Shown: positions 1 through 9,843, numbered from the stretch's first letter. The stretch is 64,000 bases of DNA from an uncultured Candidatus Woesearchaeota archaeon (GCA_903864915.1 CAIPHS010000007.1:15146-79145), one strand, 5' to 3'. Notes: generated by a model not told the origin, from the letters alone. Numbers and translations: made by a program.

Positions 1-490
1 AGCTTTCGGAATTGTCTGTAGCGCTGCAACTGAAATCTGCAGACGTCAATGTGTCTCCAACATAAATTGTGCTGGTTCTTGTGCTTACAAATGAAACTAT
101 TACTGGAGCAGTATTATCTATATGAAAAGCTACTGTGTTGTTACCACGCATGCCAAACCGGTTTGAAGCATTAACCAGCAGCGTATAATTTCCATCAGCT
201 AGTGAGGATATATCAAAACTTTTGGACCAAATACCGTTGCTGGCATGGGTCATGTTCACGTAAGAACCATTTGCACTTGAATTTCTCCATTGATAGGTGG
301 CTGTGTGTGCTGTGCCGCTAATGTTTGCAGTTACAGTAAGGGCTGAACTGTACCAGCCATTTAGAATTGGAATATTTATGGCAACTATTGGTGGCGAGGC
401 TATGGAAACCCTGCCTGCTATGGTATCTCCTGTCGCATATGCTGCTGTAAAAAGCAACAGGCATGCCGCAATTAAAACTAGAACTTTCAT
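1..490 (-). CDS. secreted S/T/N-rich surface protein (partial; C-terminal part lies beyond window start)
   Basis: ATG at 490..488 (minus) opens MKVLVLIAACLLLFTAAYATG signal peptide, then N-x-S/T-rich sequence open to the window edge. 4-nt ATGA overlap with the upstream gene. Not in the ORF track because it is truncated. Confidence 0.5.
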   Translation of the reverse strand, partial: MKVLVLIAACLLLFTAAYATGDTIAGRVSIASPPIVAINIPILNGWYSSALTVTANISGTAHTATYQWRNSSANGSYVNMTHASNGIWSKSFDISSLADGNYTLLVNASNRFGMRGNNTVAFHIDNTAPVIVSFVSTRTSTIYVGDTLTSADFSCSATDNSES

Positions 491-1305
491 CCTTCCGCCG
501 CCGAAAATGTAATAGCATTTGAACAGAAACCGCCAACTCCGCTGTCTGGGAGCTTTATTTTCCAATAAACATATTTGCTGGAAACTTCGCCATCTGATTT
601 TGCAACATTTAGATCCAGAGTTGTTTCATCTGCGGTAAGCTCGGTCATGCTGCTGTAAGACTGACCTGAACTTGAACTATAACGTGCCGCTTCAGGGGAT
701 ATAACGCCTGAAGAGCAGGTAAAAGCAGTTCCAGACAGGTTTGCATCAATCTTCACATTTCCCACATTTCGTACTGTTGTATTGACGTCATCCGAAGATG
801 TATTACCTAATGCCAATGTCCCAAAATCCACTTCACTCTCCACCACATCCAATGCGATAAGCGACTTTACGTTTGCATTATCCGAGTTGCTGGCTGCGTC
901 ATTTGTTGCATTATAACTATAAATTTTGCAAGTCCACTGGCTAGGATTTGCATAATACTGCAGGGGAAAACTACATGTTACTGGACGTTCTGTCGAAGAG
1001 GTATTATCACCTAAACTGCAGGATGTATTCGTATAATGGTTGGAACCATTGTTTTCCGAAGATTCATTATAATCCAATGCATCCCAAAACACAGCACTAA
1101 CATTGCTTATGTTTTCCCAACTATTAGAATCTGATATTGTCGCTGAGCATTCAACTGTTTTGGTGCTATCTAGCTTCAAATCAATCGGGCTTGGGTTTAT
1201 TGTTACGCTGCCAACAGTCTGGCTGCCTGCATGCGCAATAGGTATCACTAGCAGCAGCAAGATTGCCAAAAGCAATCTCACTTTTTCCTTCTTAAGAAAA
1301 CCCAT
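487..1305 (-). CDS. secreted S/T/N-rich surface (glyco)protein, paralog of 1925..2788
   Basis: N-terminal signal peptide (LLLAILLLLVIPIAHA). Many N-x-S/T sequons. Shares the 'VTCSF' motif region with 1925..2788. Confidence 0.6.
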   Translation of the reverse strand: MGFLKKEKVRLLLAILLLLVIPIAHAGSQTVGSVTINPSPIDLKLDSTKTVECSATISDSNSWENISNVSAVFWDALDYNESSENNGSNHYTNTSCSLGDNTSSTERPVTCSFPLQYYANPSQWTCKIYSYNATNDAASNSDNANVKSLIALDVVESEVDFGTLALGNTSSDDVNTTVRNVGNVKIDANLSGTAFTCSSGVISPEAARYSSSSGQSYSSMTELTADETTLDLNVAKSDGEVSSKYVYWKIKLPDSGVGGFCSNAITFSAAEG

Positions 1306-1805
1306 GCCACACCAATTAATGCAATAATAGCAATTACAATGATAACTCCAACGCTGCTAATTCCGCTGGAGATTGCAGGTAAAACAGTAATAGCCACCTT
1401 AACCGAAACACCTGTTGAAATTACGCTGCCAGAACCTCCGCTTACACTTCCAGTTCCAGTCGTTTTTACAGAAATCGTGCCGCTGTAGTTTCCTAATGCT
1501 GTTTTTCTGGGCACAGACACCTTTATGGTAAGATCATAAGGCTCGCCAGATTTCATTTGACCAGTGTCAGATGATAATGTAACATAATTCGCTATGCTTG
1601 ATGATGCCTGAAGCGTAAATCCTACAGAAGTTCCGGAATTCGTGCTTATTTGCAATGTTTTTTCAACAGTGCTTCCTTTGGGAACTTCAAAGCTCAGGGT
1701 CGCAGGGCTTGCGCCTATCGCAACTGCCTGCACTGCTGGAATAAGCAATAGGATTAATGCTGCAATTATCAGTAAAACAGGTAGTTTTTTTATCATTTCA
1801 AGCAC
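1278..1805 (-). CDS. secreted protein with C-terminal transmembrane anchor (signal peptide plus TM-RRKK tail)
   Basis: N-terminal hydrophobic signal. C-terminal VGVIIVIAIIALIGVAWVFLRRKK. G/S/T-rich. Start uncertain because of a 28-nt overlap with 487..1305. Confidence 0.55.
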   Translation of the reverse strand: MLEMIKKLPVLLIIAALILLLIPAVQAVAIGASPATLSFEVPKGSTVEKTLQISTNSGTSVGFTLQASSSIANYVTLSSDTGQMKSGEPYDLTIKVSVPRKTALGNYSGTISVKTTGTGSVSGGSGSVISTGVSVKVAITVLPAISSGISSVGVIIVIAIIALIGVAWVFLRRKK

Positions 1806-1832
1806 CTAAATATGCACATATTCAATTATTTA

Positions 1833-1851
1833 TAGAATTTTTTTATTCTCT
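1833..1851 (-). promoter_or_regulatory. conserved A/T promoter element (tagaRtttttttattMtct) upstream of surface-protein gene; second copy at 2833..2851
   Basis: Near-identical 19-nt motif exactly 1000 bp apart, each about 30-70 nt upstream of a minus-strand surface-protein start. Archaeal TATA-like. Confidence 0.35.
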
Positions 1852-1924
1852 AACAGATAATAAAACGATAAACGCCACAAGCTAAATAATTAAAAATGAA
1901 AAGAAAAAGAAAAAAGTTTCTTCA

Positions 1925-2788
1925 CTATGCCGTTGCGGCAATGGTTACGGTATTATTACAGGCTCCAACAGCTCCACTACTTGGTGTCAAGATAGTGAAG
2001 AATTCTTGATCTGTAATATTCGTACCACTACTTACAGCTAAGCTAAAGCCTGTATCTTTCGTTGCGGTTGCGTTCAGCACATTACTAGACATCGAGTCAT
2101 AGTTTCCAGTATTAGCGCTGTATCTTGTGTTGTTAACATCTATGCTTCCGACGTCACAGGTATAATCATCGCCTTTGTACGTTGTTCCTAGCACTAAATT
2201 ACCTAAGTTTTGTATGGTTACATTTGCCGGATCAGTGCTATTTGTACCGGGTGCCATGTCGCCAAACTCTATGGTGCTATCCAGTACATCAAAAGCCAAC
2301 AATATGCTCACATCCCGATTAGCTGTTGCGTCCGAAGCGCTATGTGTACCATCTGTTGCAGTTATGTTTGCTGTCCATGTTCCTGGCATAGCCATGTATC
2401 CAATTGTAAATGAACAAGTAACAGTTTTATTGTAGTCACCCGTACCATTTGTTATAACACAATCACTGTCGGATGTGTGGTTGTTCGCATTATCGGATTC
2501 GCTATCAGAGCCGGTAAGATATAATGTTGCACTTGCGCCAGTGATATCTGCACCGCCGTCATAGTCTGTTACAGTTGCATTTGCCGTCACTACTGCGCCG
2601 GTTTGGCCTGTTTCCATAGTTATATTCGCATCTGCACCATGCTCGTTCCATACCATCACGTCAGCAATTGTAGGCGCGAAACCGCTTATTGTAACCTTGC
2701 CCGCAGGTGTTGTTGTTGCATATGCTCCAGCCGTAAAAATTGCTATAGCTAAAGCTAAAATCACAAAACTTATTGCTATTTTTTTCAT
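1925..2788 (-). CDS. secreted S/T/N-rich surface (glyco)protein, paralog of 487..1305
   Basis: Signal peptide MKKIAISFVILALAIAIFTAGAYA. N-x-S/T rich. Shared 'VTCSF' block. Confidence 0.6.
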   Translation of the reverse strand: MKKIAISFVILALAIAIFTAGAYATTTPAGKVTISGFAPTIADVMVWNEHGADANITMETGQTGAVVTANATVTDYDGGADITGASATLYLTGSDSESDNANNHTSDSDCVITNGTGDYNKTVTCSFTIGYMAMPGTWTANITATDGTHSASDATANRDVSILLAFDVLDSTIEFGDMAPGTNSTDPANVTIQNLGNLVLGTTYKGDDYTCDVGSIDVNNTRYSANTGNYDSMSSNVLNATATKDTGFSLAVSSGTNITDQEFFTILTPSSGAVGACNNTVTIAATA

Positions 2789-2887
2789 GTTATTTTTTGC
2801 CTCCTTTGAAATTTAAAATAATAAAATAAATATAGAGTTTTTTTATTATCTGCTAGAAGATGTAACTATACTCTGTGGCAAGGATAA

Positions 2888-3529
2888 TCAGGCCTTGAAC
2901 TCGCCCCAATCTTCAAAGCCGTCGAGTCCTTTTGCTTTGACGAAAAGTTTCCCATTCTCGCGCTTGACGAAGACAATGTAATCCATCATGTGCTCCATCA
3001 TGACTATGACATCAGGGGTATGCATACCTTCTTCCAATGTAAAGAAGGCGGAGCCGCCAGCCTTCTTGATCTTGGCTATGACCACCTGTACAAAACGACC
3101 TATGGCTTGCGGGTTTGAATACATCAGCATGGTGGAAAGGGAGTTGAAAACTATGCAGTGTTTCGGGCTTTTCCTGAAAAACTCCTTCTCTATGTCTGAA
3201 AGCGCCACTGAAATCTCATTTAATGCCAAAGGACCAGGCACCCGCTTGATAGAAGAAGTGTTCTTCACAGCCTCGCCAACATGCATGGAATAGCAGTCTA
3301 TAAACGCCAGCAAGCCCTTTGATTCTGCGTCACCGAAGAAAATCTTTTCCTTTACCAGTTCGTTCTTGAAATCTTCTGCGGACTTGTCGGTGGAAATTAT
3401 CAGCACAGGCACTTTTTCTTTCAAATCATCCTTTATGCTGCTACTTACGAGAACTTCTTTGCCCTCCAGCGGCGGGCTTATCACAACCACTGCCGAGTTT
3501 TGCGGTATTTTTTCAAGTATCATCGTCAC
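2888..3529 (-). CDS. KaiC/RecA-like domain protein with degenerate P-loop (no Walker A)
   Basis: Shares blocks with the N-domain of 5132..6409 (LAFIDCYS vs FAFFDAYS; CIVFNSLSTM vs LIFDALSTL). No GxxxxGKT. 4-nt overlap with the PAS gene. Confidence 0.5.
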   Translation of the reverse strand: MTMILEKIPQNSAVVVISPPLEGKEVLVSSSIKDDLKEKVPVLIISTDKSAEDFKNELVKEKIFFGDAESKGLLAFIDCYSMHVGEAVKNTSSIKRVPGPLALNEISVALSDIEKEFFRKSPKHCIVFNSLSTMLMYSNPQAIGRFVQVVIAKIKKAGGSAFFTLEEGMHTPDVIVMMEHMMDYIVFVKRENGKLFVKAKGLDGFEDWGEFKA

Positions 3530-4764
3530 CTTTTTGTTTTTTCAGCTGTGATGTCACGGACTGTTGCCTGAAGGAGTTTTTTGCCGCCGATTTCCAGCCG
3601 AGTCAGCAGAACTGTGGCTAGGAAATCTTCGCCACCAAGTCTCTTGTGCATCCATTCAAAGAAATTCCTGCCAGTCTTCATCGCCTTGAGTATCATCTTC
3701 TTTGCCTTGACAGAAGAAAGCTGCCCATCAAGCTGGTATTTTGGGGAGAATTCCCAGGGCGCTCTTGAAGCAAAATCTTTTTCGTTTTTTGCCCCGAACA
3801 TGTTTATTGCAGCAGGATTTCCCTCAGTAAATTTCCAAGTTGGAGGAGCCAGCGTCATGATTGCATCGCTTGACGACTCAAACAAGGCGCGGTATTTTTC
3901 CTCGCCTTCATGGATATACCTCTCAGCCATCTTTTCTTTGGTAATGTCCCTTACTATCCCCATAACTGCTACAACTTTTCCTTCACTATTTTTGACTGGG
4001 TTCAAGCTGGTGCTGTTATAGAACATCTTTCCACCAACAGCCATTTCTTCTTTTAGGAACTTGCTCTTGCCAGTTTTGATAACTGCATTAATGTTTTTTG
4101 CGAACCTAGTAAAAGTCTCTTTTGGGAATGTGCTCGCTATAGGTTTACCAATTACTTCATTAGGCGATACGTGCGACATTTTTGCTGCAGCCATGTTCAG
4201 AGAAATATATCTCAATTTTGTATCCAGCAAAAATATCTGATCTGATGCGCTTTCTACAATAGTTCTGTATTTTTCCGCGCTTTCTTTCAAAGCTTCTTCA
4301 GCTTTCTTTAGTTCAGTCACGTCCCTGAAGACGCCCGCAAGATACTTTTTCCCATTTAGCATAAGAGGGAAAGAATTTACATCTGCGTAAAAAACGGAAC
4401 CATCCTTTCTTTTGACGGGTAATCCAGGTGCAATTCCTATCTCTTTTCTGGCCTGCTTCTCAAACTGGCGTATAACATACGGCAAATCTTTCTTAGGATG
4501 TATGTCAGTCACACCAAGTTTCTTCAGTTCATCTAGGGTATAGCCCAACATACGTAATATTGCCTCATTGCCGATGCTAAATTTCATAGTGCTTGTATCT
4601 GCCAAAATAACACCATCTGGAATACTTTCAAAAATTGTCTCGAATTTTTCCTCGCTTTCCTTAAGCGCTTCGATTTTCTTTTTTAAAGTATGCACTAATG
4701 TTACGTTCAAACCAAGGTATCCTTCCTTTGCTCTGTCTTCTTCGTGTTTTTCCATGTTCATCAT
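3526..4764 (-). CDS. multi-PAS-domain sensor protein (no output domain)
   Basis: Repeated PAS/PAC-like blocks across 412 aa. Operonic overlaps on both sides. Confidence 0.65.
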   Translation of the reverse strand: MMNMEKHEEDRAKEGYLGLNVTLVHTLKKKIEALKESEEKFETIFESIPDGVILADTSTMKFSIGNEAILRMLGYTLDELKKLGVTDIHPKKDLPYVIRQFEKQARKEIGIAPGLPVKRKDGSVFYADVNSFPLMLNGKKYLAGVFRDVTELKKAEEALKESAEKYRTIVESASDQIFLLDTKLRYISLNMAAAKMSHVSPNEVIGKPIASTFPKETFTRFAKNINAVIKTGKSKFLKEEMAVGGKMFYNSTSLNPVKNSEGKVVAVMGIVRDITKEKMAERYIHEGEEKYRALFESSSDAIMTLAPPTWKFTEGNPAAINMFGAKNEKDFASRAPWEFSPKYQLDGQLSSVKAKKMILKAMKTGRNFFEWMHKRLGGEDFLATVLLTRLEIGGKKLLQATVRDITAEKTKR

Positions 4765-5132
4765 CCAAGCAAGTGCTCAGCCTGCTTAGCTGCCTTGTTC
4801 AGCTCTAATCTCATCAAACCAAGATTGACACTGCGTTTTGCCAGACATACGAGAATTGCAAGCTCGCCAGCCCCGATAGAAACTATTTTACCTCTTTCAG
4901 CATCAAGTGTTATTTCATTTAATTTGCCACAACCAAGCTCAGATACAGCAGTCTCTGCTGCGCCCTGCATGGCTGCAGACATGGCGGCAAATGTCTCTTC
5001 ATCCACTTCTTTCGATATGTCTGCTGCAATTATTAGGCCGTCCCGGCTGACTACCGCAGAACTTTGAATGTCGCTGACTTTTCTCAGCCCTTTTAGAATC
5101 TCAACCAGCTTGTCTTGTTTTGTTTCTGCCAT
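4761..5132 (-). CDS. Roadblock/LC7 (MglB-like) domain protein
   Basis: SAVVSRDGLIIAADI...ETFAAMSAAMQGAAE is the classic Roadblock fold sequence. Start taken at MAETKQ (5132..5130), which overlaps the upstream stop by ATGA. Confidence 0.7.
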   Translation of the reverse strand: MAETKQDKLVEILKGLRKVSDIQSSAVVSRDGLIIAADISKEVDEETFAAMSAAMQGAAETAVSELGCGKLNEITLDAERGKIVSIGAGELAILVCLAKRSVNLGLMRLELNKAAKQAEHLLG

Positions 5133-6409
5133 CACACAACAACCTCTAACAATGCGCTGAACACTTTTTGCACGTCTTCGCTTTTCAATTGGCAAGGCTT
5201 GCCTTCCTTTACATCTGCCATATTTTCTGCAACAACAGGAATTACTGGAACATTTGCAGGCAACTTCATTTGCTTCCGGATTGCATCAACAGTCAATGCA
5301 CCTTTCATGTTGGCTTTATTCGCCACCACAACAACAGGCAAGTCTACGGTATTTGACAACTTCACCATCTCCTTAGCCCTGCCAAAATCTTTGGGCATGG
5401 TGCTGTCAATTACAACAACGACACCAAGGGATTCCCCACCCAGAAGTTCAAGTATCGGATCAAATCTTTCCTGCCCCGGCGTGCCAAACAGGTCCACTTC
5501 ATAGCCTTTGTACTCCACATGGCCGTGGTCCAAGGCAACAGTAGTGCCGAGCCTGTTGACTGATACTGCTTTAGTGGATGCAGAATGCACAAAAGAAGTC
5601 TTGCCTGCGTGATATGGCCCAGTTACCAGAATTTTAGGAATAAAGACCCTGACGCCGCCAGGTTTTATGATTTTGAAAGGTATGTCCTTCCGCTCAAAAG
5701 CCTGTGGGGCCTTGACGACGCTGAAATATTTCTGCAAAATCACGCTTCTTTCAAGCGCCTTTATCTCGATAACACATTCGAAAAGAGATTTTATCTTGTT
5801 TGTCAGCGACTTTGGATAAAGCCATTCGGTAAACAGGAAAAAGGATATGGTGTTGTATTTGCGCACCTCGCTTAGGAATTTCTTTATTCCAGCCAGAACT
5901 TCATCTTCGTTTTTTGTGCTGTCAATAAGTGTGGATAGGGCATCAAAAATCAGGATTATATTATCATTCTCCAGTTTTGCAAGCACTTCAGGCATAACCT
6001 CGCTCAGCTGCTGCATATTCTGCGGCTCGCTGGAGTAATATTCTGTGCCAGACTTCAAGGAAAGCATGGCTGAATAAGCATCAAAGAACGCGAACGTGCC
6101 CTGCCGCTGGTAATCTCCCAAATCCCAGCCATATTCTTCAGCAAGCAACTTTACAGAATTAGGCAATTTATTATTCACTAAATAAACACCATGGTCGCCT
6201 GCTTTCAGCCTGTTGAAAAGCGTCTGTAAAGCGAATTCCACATTCTCCACCCCTGGTTGAGAACAGAGCAGCACTGTGCTTTGCGGCTTTAACCCACCAC
6301 AAAGAACATCATCCAGTTTTGGGACGCCAGTAGCAACCATATTATACTTTTTCCCTTCCGTAAAATCTAATTTATGCTTTCTTGCTATTTTTTCTTTGGA
6401 GAATGCCAT
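5132..6409 (-). CDS. fusion protein: degenerate KaiC/RecA-like N-domain plus C-terminal Ras-like small GTPase domain
   Basis: C-terminal P-loop VTGPYHAGKTSF, DLFGTPGQERF (DxxG-Q), ANKAN (NKxD-like). N-terminal GVPKLDDVLCGGL...CSQPGVENVEF (KaiC-like, Walker A lost). 5' end overlaps 6385..7515 by 25 nt, so the start may be internal. Confidence 0.65.
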   Translation of the reverse strand: MAFSKEKIARKHKLDFTEGKKYNMVATGVPKLDDVLCGGLKPQSTVLLCSQPGVENVEFALQTLFNRLKAGDHGVYLVNNKLPNSVKLLAEEYGWDLGDYQRQGTFAFFDAYSAMLSLKSGTEYYSSEPQNMQQLSEVMPEVLAKLENDNIILIFDALSTLIDSTKNEDEVLAGIKKFLSEVRKYNTISFFLFTEWLYPKSLTNKIKSLFECVIEIKALERSVILQKYFSVVKAPQAFERKDIPFKIIKPGGVRVFIPKILVTGPYHAGKTSFVHSASTKAVSVNRLGTTVALDHGHVEYKGYEVDLFGTPGQERFDPILELLGGESLGVVVVIDSTMPKDFGRAKEMVKLSNTVDLPVVVVANKANMKGALTVDAIRKQMKLPANVPVIPVVAENMADVKEGKPCQLKSEDVQKVFSALLEVVV

Positions 6410-7515
6410 CTTCCCCCACGAGTGGATAGCTTGCGCTTAGGTCGCTTTGCAACGAAAAACAAAACCAGACCGATAACAGCAAAAAGCAGCAGGGATATTG
6501 CGCTTAATGAAAGCGGCACTGCTTTCTGCGCTTCTACATTGATTTGCTGCTCCGCTGTTGCTGATTTGTCAAATATGACATAACCCCTAATCTCATAATT
6601 TCCAGATGCAGATGTTGTAAAGTATGTTGTCAGATTTGCAGTCTGGCCTGAAGCCACAATAACCTTATCACTTTCCACTTGTTCAGTTTGCAAATCATTT
6701 TTTACATTGGCTTTAAGTTGTGCTAGCACAGCATTTGCGCCCGTATTTTCAAAAACTGCGGTAATTATTGCTGGCTTGCCAACTTCCAAGCTTGAAATTT
6801 GAAGATTTTGCAGTTTGCCATCAGAAGATTTTCCTAGGCTTACAGGTATGCTTTCCTGCCTCAAAAGCTCGTTTCCAACATAAACTGAAGCTTTTACAGT
6901 GTAAACGTTACTAGATAATGAGTTTGCTGGAAGTTTGGTCTCTATCGTTGCAGTTCTGCTAGGTAAGATTTCAACATCAGTCGTATCGGCGCTTAGTTGC
7001 GCATCTTGCAATTCGAGAGATAACTTTGGAGTTATGTTTAAATTGCCAGTATTCTCAACATCTGCCAGGCCAACAATCTTGCCATCTTGCTCAAAAACTT
7101 CTATGCTATTGACTTGTGCCTGAATAATCTGCTTTTGAGTAACTTCGATTAGAACTTTTGTTGTCTGCGCAGGCCCGATATAGCCTGTTGCGCTATCAGA
7201 ATTTGGCTGGTCTGTAATTACGTACGCGATGTAAGTTCCGGGCAAGGCTTCTGCAGGAGGCTTCACCATGACTCTGGCCTTTAGCGGGAAGTTGGCATTT
7301 GCATAACCTTGCGACGGACTTACAACAATCCATTTTGCTGCGGGACCTGCGGTTGACAGAATAATAGCGGTAGACTCGTTAGAAGTTATTGGAAGTGTGA
7401 TTTCTGAAAATCCACCAGGCAAAACATTCTCAAATCTCAAGTCCACCGGAGCTGTTAAGGCGTAACTGCTGCCAAAAATAAAAAGGAGAGCTAGCAATGC
7501 CCAGTACTTTTGCAT
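6385..7515 (-). CDS. cell-surface protein with signal peptide and C-terminal TM anchor (S-layer-like)
   Basis: N-terminal MQKYWALLALLFIFGSSYALTA. C-terminal LSAISLLLFAVIGLVLFFVAKRPKRK. Confidence 0.55.
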   Translation of the reverse strand: MQKYWALLALLFIFGSSYALTAPVDLRFENVLPGGFSEITLPITSNESTAIILSTAGPAAKWIVVSPSQGYANANFPLKARVMVKPPAEALPGTYIAYVITDQPNSDSATGYIGPAQTTKVLIEVTQKQIIQAQVNSIEVFEQDGKIVGLADVENTGNLNITPKLSLELQDAQLSADTTDVEILPSRTATIETKLPANSLSSNVYTVKASVYVGNELLRQESIPVSLGKSSDGKLQNLQISSLEVGKPAIITAVFENTGANAVLAQLKANVKNDLQTEQVESDKVIVASGQTANLTTYFTTSASGNYEIRGYVIFDKSATAEQQINVEAQKAVPLSLSAISLLLFAVIGLVLFFVAKRPKRKLSTRGGRWHSPKKK

Positions 7516-7731
7516 ACAACTAATTTTTTCTAAAATATTATATGGGTTTTTTGCGAACTATGTTAGGATTAAGCCATTATTCTCCTTAAACAGAGAGAAA
7601 AAAGCGTTTAATAAAAACAGAAAAAAACTCTTCTTGATGGCTACAATAGTACCTTTGACGGATATTGCGAGTGTCGTCATTGGCGTGATTTTGCTTCTTT
7701 ACGTCTGGAAAACCAGATCGAAATTGAAAAA

Positions 7732-8340
7732 ATGGATATTGAGAGGTTCTGCCAAATGGACAAAGTAAAGAAGTATGCAATCATGGGATTCGTAGGGGCC
7801 CTGATTTTGATTTATGTAATGGTTTTTAATTTTCCGGACCAGATGGCAAGATTTGCGCTGTTTCCTGAAAAGCTTGCATCCGGCGAATACTGGCGCATCC
7901 TGACGTTCCAATTTTCACATCTCAACAGCACACACCTGCTCGAGAACATTGCAGGTGCAGGGCTTGCAGCTGGGATTGCCACGCAACTGAAAATGCGGGT
8001 AAAAGTCTTCTCATGGACATATCTTCTTGCTGGAGTTCTTGCAGTGATACCTGTTTACCTTGTTGCGCCATTTGTAGCGTTGGGCGCATCCGGTGCAATT
8101 TACGGCGTATTTGGCGCAGTATCTATGGATGCAAAAAAATTTGGCATGGACAGCAGAATCCTGATTGGCCTGCTTGCTGCAGCAATACTTACTCCAATCC
8201 TATTCGTCAAAGACATAGCAAACATACAGCAAGGTGCTGCACACTTTGCCGGCCTGGTCATAGGCATTGTGCTATTTTTGTCTTATGATAAAGTAATGGG
8301 AGCATTCACGAAAAAAAGGAGGCGCGTATTGCGAGGTTAA
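7732..8340 (+). CDS. rhomboid family intramembrane serine protease
   Basis: Multiple TM segments. GASGAIYGVFGA (GxSG) and downstream AHFAGLVIG (catalytic His helix). Confidence 0.75.
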   Translation: MDIERFCQMDKVKKYAIMGFVGALILIYVMVFNFPDQMARFALFPEKLASGEYWRILTFQFSHLNSTHLLENIAGAGLAAGIATQLKMRVKVFSWTYLLAGVLAVIPVYLVAPFVALGASGAIYGVFGAVSMDAKKFGMDSRILIGLLAAAILTPILFVKDIANIQQGAAHFAGLVIGIVLFLSYDKVMGAFTKKRRRVLRG

Positions 8341-8341
8341 C

Positions 8342-9061
8342 ATGGAACGTGTAAAAACAGGTATAATTGGTTTGGACAAGATGTTAAACGGCGGATTTTT
8401 GCAGGGCAGGAATATTTTGCTTTCAGGGCCTGCCGGCACCGGCAAGACAACATTCGCTGCACAATTTCTGTATAATGGTGTCATGAAATTCAAGGAGCCC
8501 AGCCTTTACGTAACTCTTGAAGAATCCGGCGACAAGATCTTCGAGGACATGGCCAAGTTTGGTTTCAACCTGAAAAAGGCGGAGAAAAAAGGATTTTATG
8601 TGATAGGTGGGCCAATCGCCAACCTCACATCATACATGGAGAAAGTTGACGCCAAGGTTTCTGACATAATTGCAGAGATAAAAGAAGTCATAGAGCAGAA
8701 GAAAATAAAGCGTGTTGTAATAGATTCGATAAACTTGTTTACAATGCTGCTTGAAAAAGAATCTAACAGAAGGCGTGCGCTTGCCGCTCTGGGAAACATG
8801 CTTTCTTCATCGGGCTGCACATCAATCATGACTTCAGAAACCAAGGAAGGCAGCATGGCGCTTTCCAGATACGGAATAGAGGAGTTTGTTGTTGACGGCG
8901 TCATAGTATTATATCTGGCAAGGCAAGGCCCACAATTTGTGCCTGGCGTCGCCATCAGGAAGATGCGTGGCACCGCGCATGAAAAAGACATCAAGCTGTA
9001 CAGAATCACAGATAAGGGCATAGTTGTATATCCAGATGAAACCCTGTTCACAGGAATCTAA
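8342..9061 (+). CDS. KaiC-like RecA-superfamily ATPase (single domain)
   Basis: GIIGLDKMLNGGF...SGPAGTGKTTFAAQF (Walker A). RVVIDSIN (Walker B). Confidence 0.8.
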   Translation: MERVKTGIIGLDKMLNGGFLQGRNILLSGPAGTGKTTFAAQFLYNGVMKFKEPSLYVTLEESGDKIFEDMAKFGFNLKKAEKKGFYVIGGPIANLTSYMEKVDAKVSDIIAEIKEVIEQKKIKRVVIDSINLFTMLLEKESNRRRALAALGNMLSSSGCTSIMTSETKEGSMALSRYGIEEFVVDGVIVLYLARQGPQFVPGVAIRKMRGTAHEKDIKLYRITDKGIVVYPDETLFTGI

Positions 9062-9843
9062 TGCATACCTAAATTATAAAGAGCCTCAAGTGACTTCACA
9101 AAACTCTTGTTAGCTATCCAGATTCCCAAGTCTCTGCCATAATGCATGCTGTCATCATCAGGCACAGGCTCAATAAACAATGCATTCTTGTCATCTGCCA
9201 CAATCAAAGTGCTGTGTGCCTTGTCCACATGCTTGCAAGTGCAGCCATTCAGATGCGGGAAAGACTTGTCAACTCCGAACGGAGCCATGATATTTACTTT
9301 TACACCACGGGATTTGGCAGCCTGGATGTGCTGTGCCATGAGCTGCAATCTGTCAAGCCCTGCGGCAGTCGTGACTATGCAAACTTTTTTCTGGGCATTC
9401 TCTATAATTTCCTGAGCTTTCTGATTTACCGCAGACCTGCCGTTCAGTATCCAAAAATTATTTTGCGGCTCGTTGAATTTCTTGTGCTTGCTGAACAAAG
9501 GCTCCAGCTGGTCAATCAGCAATGATTCTATTTTTGAAAGCTTGTCCTGCGTAGTTTTCTTGATTCGCACCAGGCTCTCCTTCGGAGAAATTGCAGAATA
9601 TTTTGCAGGCTTGGTGGGCAAGATTTGAACAAAACCTTTTCTCGCCAAGCTGTCGATAACCTCATACACCTTGCCGTAAGGTATGCTCGTTATACTACTG
9701 ATGGTTTTTGCAGTTGTCACACCTTCAGAAATCAATGATAAGTAAACCCTGGCCTCATAGCGATTCAATCCCAATTCTAATAATGTGGATTCTACCGCCT
9801 GCTGGCCAGATTTGACGCCAATCTCAGATAAGTTCTGGGCCAT
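9058..9843 (-). CDS. TrmB family transcriptional regulator
   Basis: N-terminal LGLNRYEARVYLSLISEGVTTAKTISSITSIPYGKVYEVIDSLARKGFV is the TrmB winged HTH. Confidence 0.8.
   Translation of the reverse strand: MAQNLSEIGVKSGQQAVESTLLELGLNRYEARVYLSLISEGVTTAKTISSITSIPYGKVYEVIDSLARKGFVQILPTKPAKYSAISPKESLVRIKKTTQDKLSKIESLLIDQLEPLFSKHKKFNEPQNNFWILNGRSAVNQKAQEIIENAQKKVCIVTTAAGLDRLQLMAQHIQAAKSRGVKVNIMAPFGVDKSFPHLNGCTCKHVDKAHSTLIVADDKNALFIEPVPDDDSMHYGRDLGIWIANKSFVKSLEALYNLGMH

Noticed and set aside
297-536. ORF-track ORFs 297..512 (+) and 318..536 (-)
   Set aside because: They lie inside a better-supported minus-strand gene (ATG at 490, signal peptide, continues to window edge) and have no start context or features of their own.
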